Source: Candidatus Lambdaproteobacteria bacterium RIFOXYD2_FULL_50_16
GTDB taxonomy: Bacteria; SAR324; XYD2-FULL-50-16
Reading direction: 5' to 3'
Assembly: GCA_001783695.1 (NCBI GenBank)
Contig: MFNE01000006.1
Coordinates: forward strand, 4,113-68,112
Length of the DNA: 64,000 nt
A program made the translations under genes and the position numbers. The notes beneath the pieces were generated by a model. The model was not told where the DNA came from, did no database searches, and saw only the letters and a program-made list of their open reading frames with translations. This document shows positions 55,895-64,000 of this stretch, in pieces (position 1 is the first letter of the stretch; every line of letters begins with the position of its first letter).

Positions 55895-57115
55895 ATGAAC
55901 CATAATTTTAACTCGATAGCAGAGGCTATTGAGGATATCGCCCAGGGAAAGCTGGTGATCCTGGTCGATGATGAAGACCGGGAGAACGAAGGTGATCTTT
56001 GCTGCGCCGCGCAATTTGCTACTCCCGAAGCGATTAACTTCATGGCCACCCATGGCCGGGGCTTGATCTGCCTGACGTTGACCCCACAAAAGGTGGAACA
56101 GTTAGGGCTGCCTATGATGACCTCTAACAACACCTCGGTTTTTGGCACCAACTTCACCGTCTCCATTGAGGCGGCCCGTGGGGTGACAACCGGGATTTCG
56201 GCTTCAGACCGTAGTGTTACCATCCAAACCGCCATAAAATCCGACGCCAAACCGGGGGATATCTCTACCCCTGGGCATGTGTTTCCGCTGCGCGCCAAGC
56301 GTGGGGGGGTGTTGCAGCGGATTGGGCAAACGGAAGGATCGGTCGATCTGGCTAAATTGGCAGGGCTTAATCCTTCGGGTGTGATCTGCGAGATCATGAA
56401 TGATGACGGCTCCATGGCAAGGCGCAATGAACTCTTTGCCTTTGCTAAAAAACATCAGCTTAAGATTGTGACCATCGCCGAGTTAGTCAAATACCGGATG
56501 GCCAACGAAATGATGGTGCGTTTGGAAGCAGAAGCCAAACTGCCGACTAGCATTGCGGGGGAATGGACCCTAAAGGGCTTTGAAAACGAGCTCAATGGAG
56601 AGAATTACGTCGCTTTAATTAAAGGCAACTGGGAACCAGGGGAACCGGTCTTGGTCCGGGTTCATAGCCAATGCTTGACGGGCGATGTTTTTGGTTCAAC
56701 CCGTTGCGATTGTGGTAACCAACTCCATGACGCGATGCGGATGATCGACCAAGTAGGCCAAGGGGTGGTGCTTTATCTTGCCCAAGAAGGGCGCGGGATT
56801 GGCATTATCAATAAAATTAAGGCCTATCATCTCCAAGATGAAGGGGCCGATACGGTCGAAGCGAACGAAGCCTTGGGTTTCGAAGCCGACCTTAGAGATT
56901 ATGGCTTCGGTGCCCAGGTACTGGCTGCCTTAGGGGTTTCCAAAATTAAGCTAATGACCAATAACCCCAGAAAGATTGTTGGTTTAGAGGGTTACGGGCT
57001 CGAAGTGGTGGAGCGGGTACCTATTGAAACCTATGCTCACGAAGACAACGCCCATTATTTACGCACCAAAAAAAATAAGCTTGGCCATATGCTAGGCTTA
57101 AAAGACCATCCTTAG
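55895..57115 (+). CDS. ribBA: Bifunctional DHBP synthase / GTP cyclohydrolase II
   Basis: Internal ATG 55895 (MNHNFNSIAEAIEDI). 'DDEDRENEGD', 'HSQCLTGDVFGSTRCDCG', 'GRGIGIINKIKAY'. Confidence 0.95.
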   Translation: MNHNFNSIAEAIEDIAQGKLVILVDDEDRENEGDLCCAAQFATPEAINFMATHGRGLICLTLTPQKVEQLGLPMMTSNNTSVFGTNFTVSIEAARGVTTGISASDRSVTIQTAIKSDAKPGDISTPGHVFPLRAKRGGVLQRIGQTEGSVDLAKLAGLNPSGVICEIMNDDGSMARRNELFAFAKKHQLKIVTIAELVKYRMANEMMVRLEAEAKLPTSIAGEWTLKGFENELNGENYVALIKGNWEPGEPVLVRVHSQCLTGDVFGSTRCDCGNQLHDAMRMIDQVGQGVVLYLAQEGRGIGIINKIKAYHLQDEGADTVEANEALGFEADLRDYGFGAQVLAALGVSKIKLMTNNPRKIVGLEGYGLEVVERVPIETYAHEDNAHYLRTKKNKLGHMLGLKDHP

Positions 57116-57127
57116 AGGGAGGCAGTT

Positions 57128-57595
57128 ATGAGTTATCAAAGCATTGAGGGACATTATGACGCTAAGGGTTTAAAACTGGCGATTGTGGTGGCTCGGTTTA
57201 ACGATTTTATTACCGGCAAACTCCTAGAAGGGGCACTAGATTCCTTTGTCCGCCACGGCGGGGCTTTGGAATCGGTTCGTGTGATTCGGGTGCCGGGCGC
57301 TTTTGAGATTCCCTTGGCCTGCCAAAAGGTGGCTGCGAGCGGAAAATATCAAGGGGTTTTGGCCTTGGGTGCCGTGATTCGCGGCTCGACCCCTCATTTT
57401 GATTATGTAAGTTCTGAGGTCTCCAAGGGGGTTGCCCATGTAAGCCTAGCGACCGGTGTTCCCGTAAGCTTTGGGGTTTTAACCACGGATTCGATTGAAC
57501 AAGCAATCGAGCGGGCGGGCACCAAAGCAGGTAACAAAGGGGCCGATTCGATGAACGGTCTGATTGAGATGATCGATCTACTTAAAAAGCTGTAA
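57128..57595 (+). CDS. ribH: 6,7-dimethyl-8-ribityllumazine synthase
   Basis: 155 aa. '[10 protein letters not shown]', 'VPGAFEIP', '[14 protein letters not shown]'. Confidence 0.95.
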   Translation: MSYQSIEGHYDAKGLKLAIVVARFNDFITGKLLEGALDSFVRHGGALESVRVIRVPGAFEIPLACQKVAASGKYQGVLALGAVIRGSTPHFDYVSSEVSKGVAHVSLATGVPVSFGVLTTDSIEQAIERAGTKAGNKGADSMNGLIEMIDLLKKL

Positions 57596-57757
57596 CCAGG
57601 GGCCAAAACCCTTAGGCCCAGGAGGGCCTGAAAGAGGAAGGAACCTCAAAACGTGATTAACAAAACCGGCAAGAAGCCTTTAGTTCGGATAAAGTACTAA
57701 CCTCGGCTCTATAAAAAATCGATTGTTTGCCTTGGGCCCGCCAACTGGATATCCCCT

Positions 57758-57797
57758 AAAAGGGCTTCTTGTTTACCCCTTGAAGCCCTTTTATTGT
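57758..57797 (+). terminator. Intrinsic terminator 160 nt downstream of ribH
   Basis: 11-bp stem AAAAGGGCTTC/GAAGCCCTTTT with a 13-nt loop, running into TTTTATTGTT. Confidence 0.55.
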
Positions 57798-57879
57798 TGG
57801 CACCCTAGCCTAGGGCTCGGTTTTTTCGGGCTTGGATTAGCGACCTTGTTCGGCGGCATCTTGGCCAAAGGAGCAAGAG

Positions 57880-59382
57880 ATGACCCGAAAAATTATTATA
57901 AACCATACCAAACATGAGATCCGCGTTGCACTTATAGAAGATGGGATCGTTTCTGAACTCTTTTACGAGCGCGAGAAAAATAAGTCTGTCGTGGGTAATA
58001 TCTATAAGGGCCGCGTGCTCAAAGTGTTGCCCGGGATGGAGTCGGCGTTTGTGGATATCGGCTTAGAAAAGGCCGCCTTTTTGTATGTGGACGACATCCG
58101 CACCGACGACGAGCTCGACGATGACCTCGACGATGAGGGCGCCGTTGAAAAAAAAGCGAACAACCGGAGAAAAAATCGCCCCGATATTGGTAGCTTGATC
58201 AAAGAGGGCCAAGACCTGATGGTTCAGGTTTCTAAGGGCCCTATTGGCACCAAAGGCGCGCGGATCACCTGCAACATTACCCTGCCTGGACGAAATCTAG
58301 TTTTTATTCCTCACGTCAACAACGTCGGTGTTTCTCGGCAAATTCGCGATGAAAAAGAGCGAGCCCGGCTACGCAAGATTGTAAGTTCAGTCAAACCCGA
58401 AGGCACCGGCTTTATTGTGCGTACCGTCGCCCAAGGGAGGGTGGAGGAGGAGTTTGCCAAGGATGTGGAATACCTAAACAGCACCTGGGCTGAGGTCGAG
58501 AAGAAACTCAAAACCTACAAAAGCCCGGCTATTTTATATGAAGACTTAAACCTGACCTTTCGCACCATCCGCGATATGTTAAGCCCCGAGGTGGACGCCT
58601 TGGTGATTGACGATACGGTTGAATACGAAAAGATCAAAAAGTATTTAAATAGCTACCTGCCGAAATATGCGCCAATCTTAAAACATTTTAAGAAAAAGGC
58701 CCATATTTTTGACCAATATGGGGTCAGCCAAGAGATTGACCGAGGGCTTTCACGAAAGGTGTGGCTCTCTTCAGGTGGGTATCTAGTGATCGACCAAACC
58801 GAAGCTTTAACCGCTGTGGACGTGAACACCGGCAGCTTCACCGGCTCTTCTAGTCACGAAGACACCATTTTAACCACCAATCTTGAAGCGGCCAGCGAGA
58901 TCGTACACCAACTAAAGCTGCGCGACATCGGTGGGATTATTATTATCGACTTTATAGACATGGAAACCGCCGAAAACCGGTCTAAGGTTTATGGGCGGCT
59001 TAAAGACGAGCTAAAAAAAGACAAAGCCCGCACCAAGGTTTTGCCCATCTCCGAGATGGGACTGGTGGAGATGACCCGCAAACGCAACCGAGAAAACCTG
59101 GGTCGATATTTACGCACCTCTTGCCCTTATTGCGACGGGCGCGCCCGGATTAAAAGCCCGGCGACTATGATCTACGAGGTGTATCGCGAGATTTTTAGGC
59201 TCTCACAAGAACTAGACCCCCCCGAAAATCTGCTGTTAGGGGTGCATCCCGATCTGGCTGAATACCTGGAGGGCGAGGAAATGGACACCTTTAGGAGTAT
59301 GGAAAAGTTGATAAAAGGCACCATCAGTTTGCAAACCTCCGAGCGATACCACCACGAGCAATTCGAACTTTTCGAGTTGTAA
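57880..59382 (+). CDS. rng: Ribonuclease G (RNase E/G family)
   Basis: 500 aa. AAAGGAG RBS. S1 domain 'NIYKGRVLKVLPGMESAFVDIG', 'EALTAVDVNTG', 'GGIIIIDFIDM'. Confidence 0.9.
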   Translation: MTRKIIINHTKHEIRVALIEDGIVSELFYEREKNKSVVGNIYKGRVLKVLPGMESAFVDIGLEKAAFLYVDDIRTDDELDDDLDDEGAVEKKANNRRKNRPDIGSLIKEGQDLMVQVSKGPIGTKGARITCNITLPGRNLVFIPHVNNVGVSRQIRDEKERARLRKIVSSVKPEGTGFIVRTVAQGRVEEEFAKDVEYLNSTWAEVEKKLKTYKSPAILYEDLNLTFRTIRDMLSPEVDALVIDDTVEYEKIKKYLNSYLPKYAPILKHFKKKAHIFDQYGVSQEIDRGLSRKVWLSSGGYLVIDQTEALTAVDVNTGSFTGSSSHEDTILTTNLEAASEIVHQLKLRDIGGIIIIDFIDMETAENRSKVYGRLKDELKKDKARTKVLPISEMGLVEMTRKRNRENLGRYLRTSCPYCDGRARIKSPATMIYEVYREIFRLSQELDPPENLLLGVHPDLAEYLEGEEMDTFRSMEKLIKGTISLQTSERYHHEQFELFEL

Positions 59383-59383
59383 G

Positions 59384-60358
59384 ATGGGTTGGGTCGAGGT
59401 AGAGCCCAATGAGGCGGGCCAGAGGTTAGACCTCTTTTTGGCCGGGATAAAAGAGATCGGCACCCGCAGCCGAGCCCAGCGAATGATTAAGACGGGGTTG
59501 GTGCAAATTGTAGGAGAAGAAGAGGCCCCGACTTCGAAACGTAAAGTGGTCGCGCAAGATGAGATCGAATGGACGTTACCCCATTTTATGCCCGAAGAGG
59601 CCAAACCAGTTGCCTTTGACCTTGATATTCGGCTAGAAGATGAGTCGGTCATTCTTGTCAATAAGCCCAGAGGTATGGTAGTACATCCCTCTATAGGGCA
59701 TATAGAAGACAGCTTGGTAAATTACCTCTTGCACCACACCTCCTTAGGTGGGCAAGGTGGCTTGAGGCCGGGAATAGTTCACCGGATCGACAAAGATACC
59801 TCTGGGCTGCTAGTGGTCGCCAAGACAGATCAGGCGATGGAATCTTTGGCCAGACAGTTTGCCGCTCATAGCATTGAGCGCCGCTATCTGGCCCTTTGTT
59901 GGGGCGAAACGCAAAGTTTATCAGGCACTATTGATCTGCCCTTAGGGCGGCACAAAAAGGACCGAAAACGCTTTGACGTGGTTGAGGGAGGCAAAAGGGC
60001 GGTGACCCACTGGCGAAGGCTAGAGGTGTTCGAGGGGCTAAGCCTTTTAGAGTGCCGTTTAGAAACAGGACGGACCCACCAAATCCGGGTGCATTTGACC
60101 CATATGGGGCATCCTCTGGTTGGCGATCCGGTTTATGGGCGGGCGCGGGATTTAAGCCCGATCTATCCTGTAACGGTTACGACCGCCTTAAAAAATTTTC
60201 TTGGCCAAGCGTTACACGCGGCCAGTTTGGGTTTTGTCCATCCTGCGAGTGATCAGCCGGTTTTATGCGAGGCCGAGCTGCCTGAGGATATGGCGTTGTT
60301 GTTAAGGATTTTAAGGGATAATCCTGCAAAATCCAAAAGGACTGGTGGAAAAAAATGA
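59384..60358 (+). CDS. rluD: 23S rRNA pseudouridine synthase, RluD family
   Basis: 324 aa. S4-like N-terminus 'GQRLDLFLA' and catalytic 'HRIDKDTSGLLVVAK'. Confidence 0.9.
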   Translation: MGWVEVEPNEAGQRLDLFLAGIKEIGTRSRAQRMIKTGLVQIVGEEEAPTSKRKVVAQDEIEWTLPHFMPEEAKPVAFDLDIRLEDESVILVNKPRGMVVHPSIGHIEDSLVNYLLHHTSLGGQGGLRPGIVHRIDKDTSGLLVVAKTDQAMESLARQFAAHSIERRYLALCWGETQSLSGTIDLPLGRHKKDRKRFDVVEGGKRAVTHWRRLEVFEGLSLLECRLETGRTHQIRVHLTHMGHPLVGDPVYGRARDLSPIYPVTVTTALKNFLGQALHAASLGFVHPASDQPVLCEAELPEDMALLLRILRDNPAKSKRTGGKK

Positions 60359-60434
60359 TCAAACCTGCTAATTTGCCGCCGGAAAGCCTCTTATTAGGAG
60401 AGGTCTGCCCAGGTTGCCCAAAGAGGTTTTTTAG

Positions 60435-60917
60435 GTGAAGGTCGAATATATCAACCCTTTTATTATCGCTACCAAAAAGGTCCTATCGACGATGGCCTTT
60501 ATGGAGTCCAAGCCTGGGCGCCCGGCGCTAAAGGAACAGGGCTCCAAGGGGGCTTTGGGTGATATTTCAGCAGTAATCGAACTAACTGGCGAATCGAAGG
60601 GCTCGATTGCGATTAGTTTTACCACCGATTGTATTCTAGCCGTCGCCCAACAGATGTTTGGTCAGGAATACAAAGAGATCGACGCCGAGATAGTGGACAT
60701 GGTAGGCGAGATTGTTAACATGGTCTCTGGCGAGGCCCGCCGAGAGTTGGCCAAGCTTGGCTTCCACTTCTCTGCAGGCATTCCCACCACTGCCCGAGGC
60801 CCCGGCCACGACATCAACCACTACGTTTCGGCCAGGGTGATTCTCATCCCCTTCGAAACCAAAAGCGGCAAATACTACATCGAAGCCGCCTTCGACGCGA
60901 AGCAGTTTTTAGGTTAA
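60435..60917 (+). CDS. cheX: CheX-like chemotaxis phosphatase domain protein
   Basis: 160 aa. GTG start with AGAGG upstream. 'YINPFI', 'DISAVIELTGESKGSIAISF', 'EIVNMVSGEARREL' match the CheX/CheC-type pattern. Confidence 0.7.
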   Translation: MKVEYINPFIIATKKVLSTMAFMESKPGRPALKEQGSKGALGDISAVIELTGESKGSIAISFTTDCILAVAQQMFGQEYKEIDAEIVDMVGEIVNMVSGEARRELAKLGFHFSAGIPTTARGPGHDINHYVSARVILIPFETKSGKYYIEAAFDAKQFLG

Positions 60918-60933
60918 TTCCCAACTTTTAAGC

Positions 60934-60965
60934 AAAAAAAAACCGGCCTAAGCCGGTTTTTTTTT
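60934..60965. terminator. Bidirectional rho-independent terminator
   Basis: A9-CCGGC-ctaa-GCCGG-T9 between the convergent cheX and BI-1 genes. Confidence 0.8.
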
Positions 60966-60983
60966 GGCGGACAACGCTCTAAT

Positions 60984-61661
60984 CTAGTCCCGGCGGACGC
61001 CTAGGATGGAGAGGAGGGCCATGAAGAGGTTGAGTATGTCTAAGTACAAAGACAAGGTAGCGGCGATGGTTTCGTCGGCTGGGTAGCGGTGCATGATGTT
61101 AAAGGTGTCATAGATGATAAAGCCAGAAAACAAAAAGACCGCGGCTGAAGAAAACATAAAAGAGCCAGCCGAACTATGAAACACGAGGGCGTTGAGCAGG
61201 CCGCCGACAATCAAGACAATCAAACCGGTGGTCAACATTCCACCCATAAAACTAAAATCCTTTTTGCTGGTCACGGTGTAGCCGGAAAGTCCAACAAAGA
61301 CTATTCCCGTCAAGAGCGCCGCGTTAACAATGCTGCCGCCGGTGTACATCAACAAAACTGGCGCGGTGGTCACGCCGGTTAAGCTGGTGAAGGTAAACAA
61401 GGCGATCAGCCCTAAATTTTCCTGTTTCCTTGCCCAAAAGGTGAAAAAAATCGCCGCCAATTCGGCTATAAAAAACAAAAATTGGTTTTGGGCAACAGTC
61501 ATCAAAAAGGCTTCATTGCTGCTGGTGACCCAAGCGGCCCCGGCGGCCATAAAGGTGCTTAAGGCAAGTAAGCCATAGACTTTACGTAAAAAAGCCAAGC
61601 GCTCTACGGGGGTGGTAAGAGCGACGGGGACAACGGTTTGATACGCGTTTAAGGGCTCCAT
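60984..61661 (-). CDS. BAX inhibitor-1 / YccA family membrane protein
   Basis: 225 aa, 7 TM helices. 'FLRKVYGLLA' N-terminus and C-terminal 'LYLDILNLFMALLSILG' are typical of the family. Confidence 0.85.
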   Translation of the reverse strand: MEPLNAYQTVVPVALTTPVERLAFLRKVYGLLALSTFMAAGAAWVTSSNEAFLMTVAQNQFLFFIAELAAIFFTFWARKQENLGLIALFTFTSLTGVTTAPVLLMYTGGSIVNAALLTGIVFVGLSGYTVTSKKDFSFMGGMLTTGLIVLIVGGLLNALVFHSSAGSFMFSSAAVFLFSGFIIYDTFNIMHRYPADETIAATLSLYLDILNLFMALLSILGVRRD

Positions 61662-61757
61662 CTGTTCCTCTAAGGTTGTTATCAGTGACTAGAGGTAACT
61701 ACCTCGGGTCTTTCTTGATGATACTTCGGTTTGAAGGGGCTTGGCAAGTGGTCTGGA

Positions 61758-63419
61758 TTACTTATAGGCCCAGGTGGTCGTGTCGTAATTGGCGGCAATG
61801 ACCCCACCTGCCGTGTAATTAATGGTGGCGGTTAAAAACCCGTTAGAGTCGTACTGGTAAACGGTATAGGTATCGCTGGTAGCAAGCCCTAAAGATACCA
61901 AGTAACTCTGTTTTTGGGTGGTTAGACCCGCATTGTTATAGCTGTATCCCAATTGGCTGGCTAGCTGAAAAGCCCCAGAGGTGTAGGTGTAGGTCTGAAT
62001 CAGGGTGGGCTTCCAGATGCTGTTATAGGTGGTAACTGTCTTGGCCGAAGGGGTGGAAGTATCCACAGTGGTTCCAGCAGTGTTACAAGAGTAGGTCGTT
62101 TTGGTGACAATATAGATCAGGTTGCCAGAAGTATCGGTCGATTGCAGATAGGTTTGGTTATATCCGCTGGCACAACTATCAACCCCAGTGCTGGAGACGT
62201 TGTAAGCCCTGAAGGTTGATAAACGAAAATCAGAATCGTAGGTGTAATCCTCACGATAGTTGGTGATACTGCTGCTATTGCTAACGGTCACCGTCACCGG
62301 GCGGCCACGGGTGTTTCTGGCGGTGGTGGTTTTGGCGCTTAAAGAAGCAGTGCCCCCGCTGACCGAATAATCGGTCCTTTGGGTTTCTAACCCGTCTGTA
62401 TAATTAATGACTTGCCGACTGGCTAGGGTTTCTGTTCCGCTGTTTATGTTATAGGTTTCAGTGGTATAGGTTTTCAACTGGCGGCGATCCCAGTTTTTGT
62501 AGTTCTTCATATCCACTTCTTTATAAACTGCGGTGGTGTCCGCTGAATAGTAAGTGGTGGTGGTGTTAATCGAGTCGGCCGAAACATCGGTAGTGGCGTC
62601 TTTATAAAAGCCAACTGACATGATTTTTTTAACTACGGTCGCACTGTTTTTAATGCCAAAGCTGTTATCCGTAAAGTCGCCTAGCGTGCTGCTGGAGGTG
62701 AAGTTGCGATAGGTGTGGGTTTCAAATTTGTTGTTGCCTTCGGTAGAAACCTCGATCGTGGTGGTGCTGGCCCCGGTGAAGGTTTGGGTGGCACCGGTGT
62801 AAAGACTATAGCCGGATGGGTAATACAGCGAATAGTCGCGCGGGTCAGCCGCGTAGGTATAGATGTATTTATAGGTTTGATTGCCGCTGGTGTCGAACAG
62901 GGTTTTAACTGCGGCTGTCAGATCCCCGGTGGAAGTGTCGTATTGTACTTCGTAAGTATTGGGCTGGGACTGGGTGACGTCGTTGCCGTTTTTGTCTTTG
63001 GTGACGTAAGTGTAGCCGTTGATCGCCTTGGGCCTTAAAATTCCGGTGGAAACATAATTATTAGGCAGCGAACCATCCACAAAGGGTCTAAAAAACTCAA
63101 ATTCTAGGGAATTTTCGGGCAGTGGGGTGCTGATTTCTTTATTAAAGACCAAAAAACTAGCGTTGGCGAGGTACCCGGTCTGGTCGTTCCAGCCCCAGTA
63201 TCCCGTATCAAAGGCTCGGCTAGCAGAGACTTGCACACTAATCGCCCCGCCGACTCGGTCTGTTGAGTGTAAGTTAATGGTCAGGTATTTAGCAAAGGGA
63301 ACCAACAGCTCTGAATTGGTCATCCGGTCTTTAAAACCGTTGTCTTTCTTGCAGCCCCAGAGGGCCAACAGAGAAAAACCCAACACCGCCGATTTATAAA
63401 GTAGGTTCCTTTTTTCCAT
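61758..63419 (-). CDS. Thr/Ser/Tyr-rich lipoprotein with YD-repeat-like motifs
   Basis: Internal ATG 63419 gives MEKRNLLYKSAVLGFSLLALWGC (lipobox L-W-G-C). Repeats include 'YTYDSDFRLSTFRAY', 'YQYDSNGFLTATINY' and 'YSYNNAGLTTQKQSY'. Confidence 0.6.
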   Translation of the reverse strand: MEKRNLLYKSAVLGFSLLALWGCKKDNGFKDRMTNSELLVPFAKYLTINLHSTDRVGGAISVQVSASRAFDTGYWGWNDQTGYLANASFLVFNKEISTPLPENSLEFEFFRPFVDGSLPNNYVSTGILRPKAINGYTYVTKDKNGNDVTQSQPNTYEVQYDTSTGDLTAAVKTLFDTSGNQTYKYIYTYAADPRDYSLYYPSGYSLYTGATQTFTGASTTTIEVSTEGNNKFETHTYRNFTSSSTLGDFTDNSFGIKNSATVVKKIMSVGFYKDATTDVSADSINTTTTYYSADTTAVYKEVDMKNYKNWDRRQLKTYTTETYNINSGTETLASRQVINYTDGLETQRTDYSVSGGTASLSAKTTTARNTRGRPVTVTVSNSSSITNYREDYTYDSDFRLSTFRAYNVSSTGVDSCASGYNQTYLQSTDTSGNLIYIVTKTTYSCNTAGTTVDTSTPSAKTVTTYNSIWKPTLIQTYTYTSGAFQLASQLGYSYNNAGLTTQKQSYLVSLGLATSDTYTVYQYDSNGFLTATINYTAGGVIAANYDTTTWAYK

Positions 63420-63426
63420 TTCGACC

Positions 63427-63993
63427 TTAAAAGGGAATCCGGGTGGACAATTGCAATTGGCTTGATCCGGTAGCCATGGTGAGGTCCCCCATAATCGATT
63501 GGGAGGAGAAGACCATGTATTGCAGTCCAAGGAAAAAGGAATCCAAGTTAAACATCATTCCGCCGCCAAACAGGTAGCCCCAATCTTGAGTCGAGCGGTC
63601 GGCAATGCCATTGCCTAGGCTAAGCTTAGGCACGGTATAACTGATTCCTGCTAAGACGTAAAAGGGGGCGTCTGGCTCACCTGGTTTCCAAGCAGCAAAA
63701 TAGGATTCAGTGGTCAGTTTAACGGACCAATCGTATTGGTAGATGCTGGTGTTTAGGTAAGAGGAGATTTTATTATAGCCTATCCGAAGCTGCATAAAGT
63801 CCAGATAAACCTCCGATGATTGGCCAGCGCGGTCTAAGCCTTTTTCCTCAGGGCTGCTGTTTATTCCTATTGAGAAGCCAACCGAGGAGTCAGCGTTTTG
63901 GGCAATCGCCTTTGAAGCGCTACAAAGGCAAATTATGCCGCCTATCAAAAGACACCAAACAACTCTGGGCAATCGGGCGTAAACAGGCTTCAT
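63427..63993 (-). CDS. Small outer-membrane beta-barrel protein
   Basis: 188 aa. Signal peptide 'SKAIAQN', beta-strand periodicity, C-terminal 'STRIPF'. Ends 7 nt upstream of the lipoprotein gene. Confidence 0.55.
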   Translation of the reverse strand: MKPVYARLPRVVWCLLIGGIICLCSASKAIAQNADSSVGFSIGINSSPEEKGLDRAGQSSEVYLDFMQLRIGYNKISSYLNTSIYQYDWSVKLTTESYFAAWKPGEPDAPFYVLAGISYTVPKLSLGNGIADRSTQDWGYLFGGGMMFNLDSFFLGLQYMVFSSQSIMGDLTMATGSSQLQLSTRIPF

Positions 63994-64000
63994 GCTTAGC

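Noticed and set aside
55804-56427. 207-aa minus-strand ORF (also 53550-54155 at 201 aa, 5490-6059 at 189 aa, 2400-2876 at 158 aa, 11412-11843 at 143 aa, 25576-25998 at 140 aa)
   Set aside because: All lie antisense to genes with unambiguous family motifs (ribBA, dnaE, ispH, iscA/iscU, lolD/bamA, ferredoxins). Their translations are low-complexity (Ser/Pro/Arg-rich) with no motifs, so they are typical shadow ORFs.
57723-57917. 64-aa TTG-initiated ORF spanning the ribH-rng spacer
   Set aside because: It has no RBS, runs through the intrinsic terminator and into the rng start, and its sequence is Gly/Leu/Pro-rich low complexity. It is unlikely to be coding.
1-64000. Search for CRISPR arrays, IS elements, integrases, phage genes, toxin-antitoxin pairs or known defence genes
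   Set aside because: I saw no direct-repeat/spacer arrays, no transposase, integrase, reverse-transcriptase or restriction-enzyme-like ORFs, and no flanking tRNA or att-like repeats. The window reads as core chromosome. By eye I cannot exclude short or degenerate repeats.

Overview
This is a housekeeping-dense chromosomal window from a diderm (Gram-negative) bacterium. I call about 58 protein genes, packed into long co-directional blocks with many 1-16 nt overlaps.

I recognised no rRNA, tRNA, CRISPR array, transposase, integrase or prophage signature.

Blocks in order:
- isc operon (iscR-iscS-iscU-iscA-hscB-hscA, hscA cut by the window edge)
- ispH
- lipoprotein plus TraF/FadL-like barrel pair
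- ahcY
- lolC/E-lolD-bamA plus two small beta-barrels
- overlapped operon NYN-FAH-queC-queF-cysS-rlmB-aroQ-rlmN-folE
- tsaB-rimI-ddl-mqnB
- twin 63-aa ferredoxins
- mqnC/E-type radical SAM gene and mnmG
- 75-aa ORF, a kinase-fold protein coupled to a 921-aa S41 peptidase, and a 609-aa orphan
- accA fused in series to a GspL/M/N-like trio and mltG
- hflKC
- GldA/F/G-like ABC system plus a DUF4340-like protein
- membrane-fused spermidine synthase
- LpoA-like / SurA-like envelope operon
- dnaE, ribBA-ribH, rng-rluD, cheX, BI-1/YccA
- barrel plus YD-repeat-like lipoprotein pair

Lineage guess (low confidence): a deltaproteobacteria-like, Bdellovibrionota or Myxococcota-related organism. This rests on the futalosine pathway, the Gld-type ABC system and the long S41 peptidase.

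I do not see a clear-cut novel system such as a defence island or mobile element. The best leads are:
- the orphan GspL/M/N-like trio between accA and mltG
- the uncharacterised block at 29.1-35.2 kb (dsRBD-like micro-ORF, degenerate kinase-fold protein coupled to the S41 peptidase, 609-aa orphan)
- a palindromic motif repeated in two divergent promoter regions
- tandem ferredoxins inside the menaquinone (futalosine) locus

All functional calls come from reading motifs by eye. No database search was possible.
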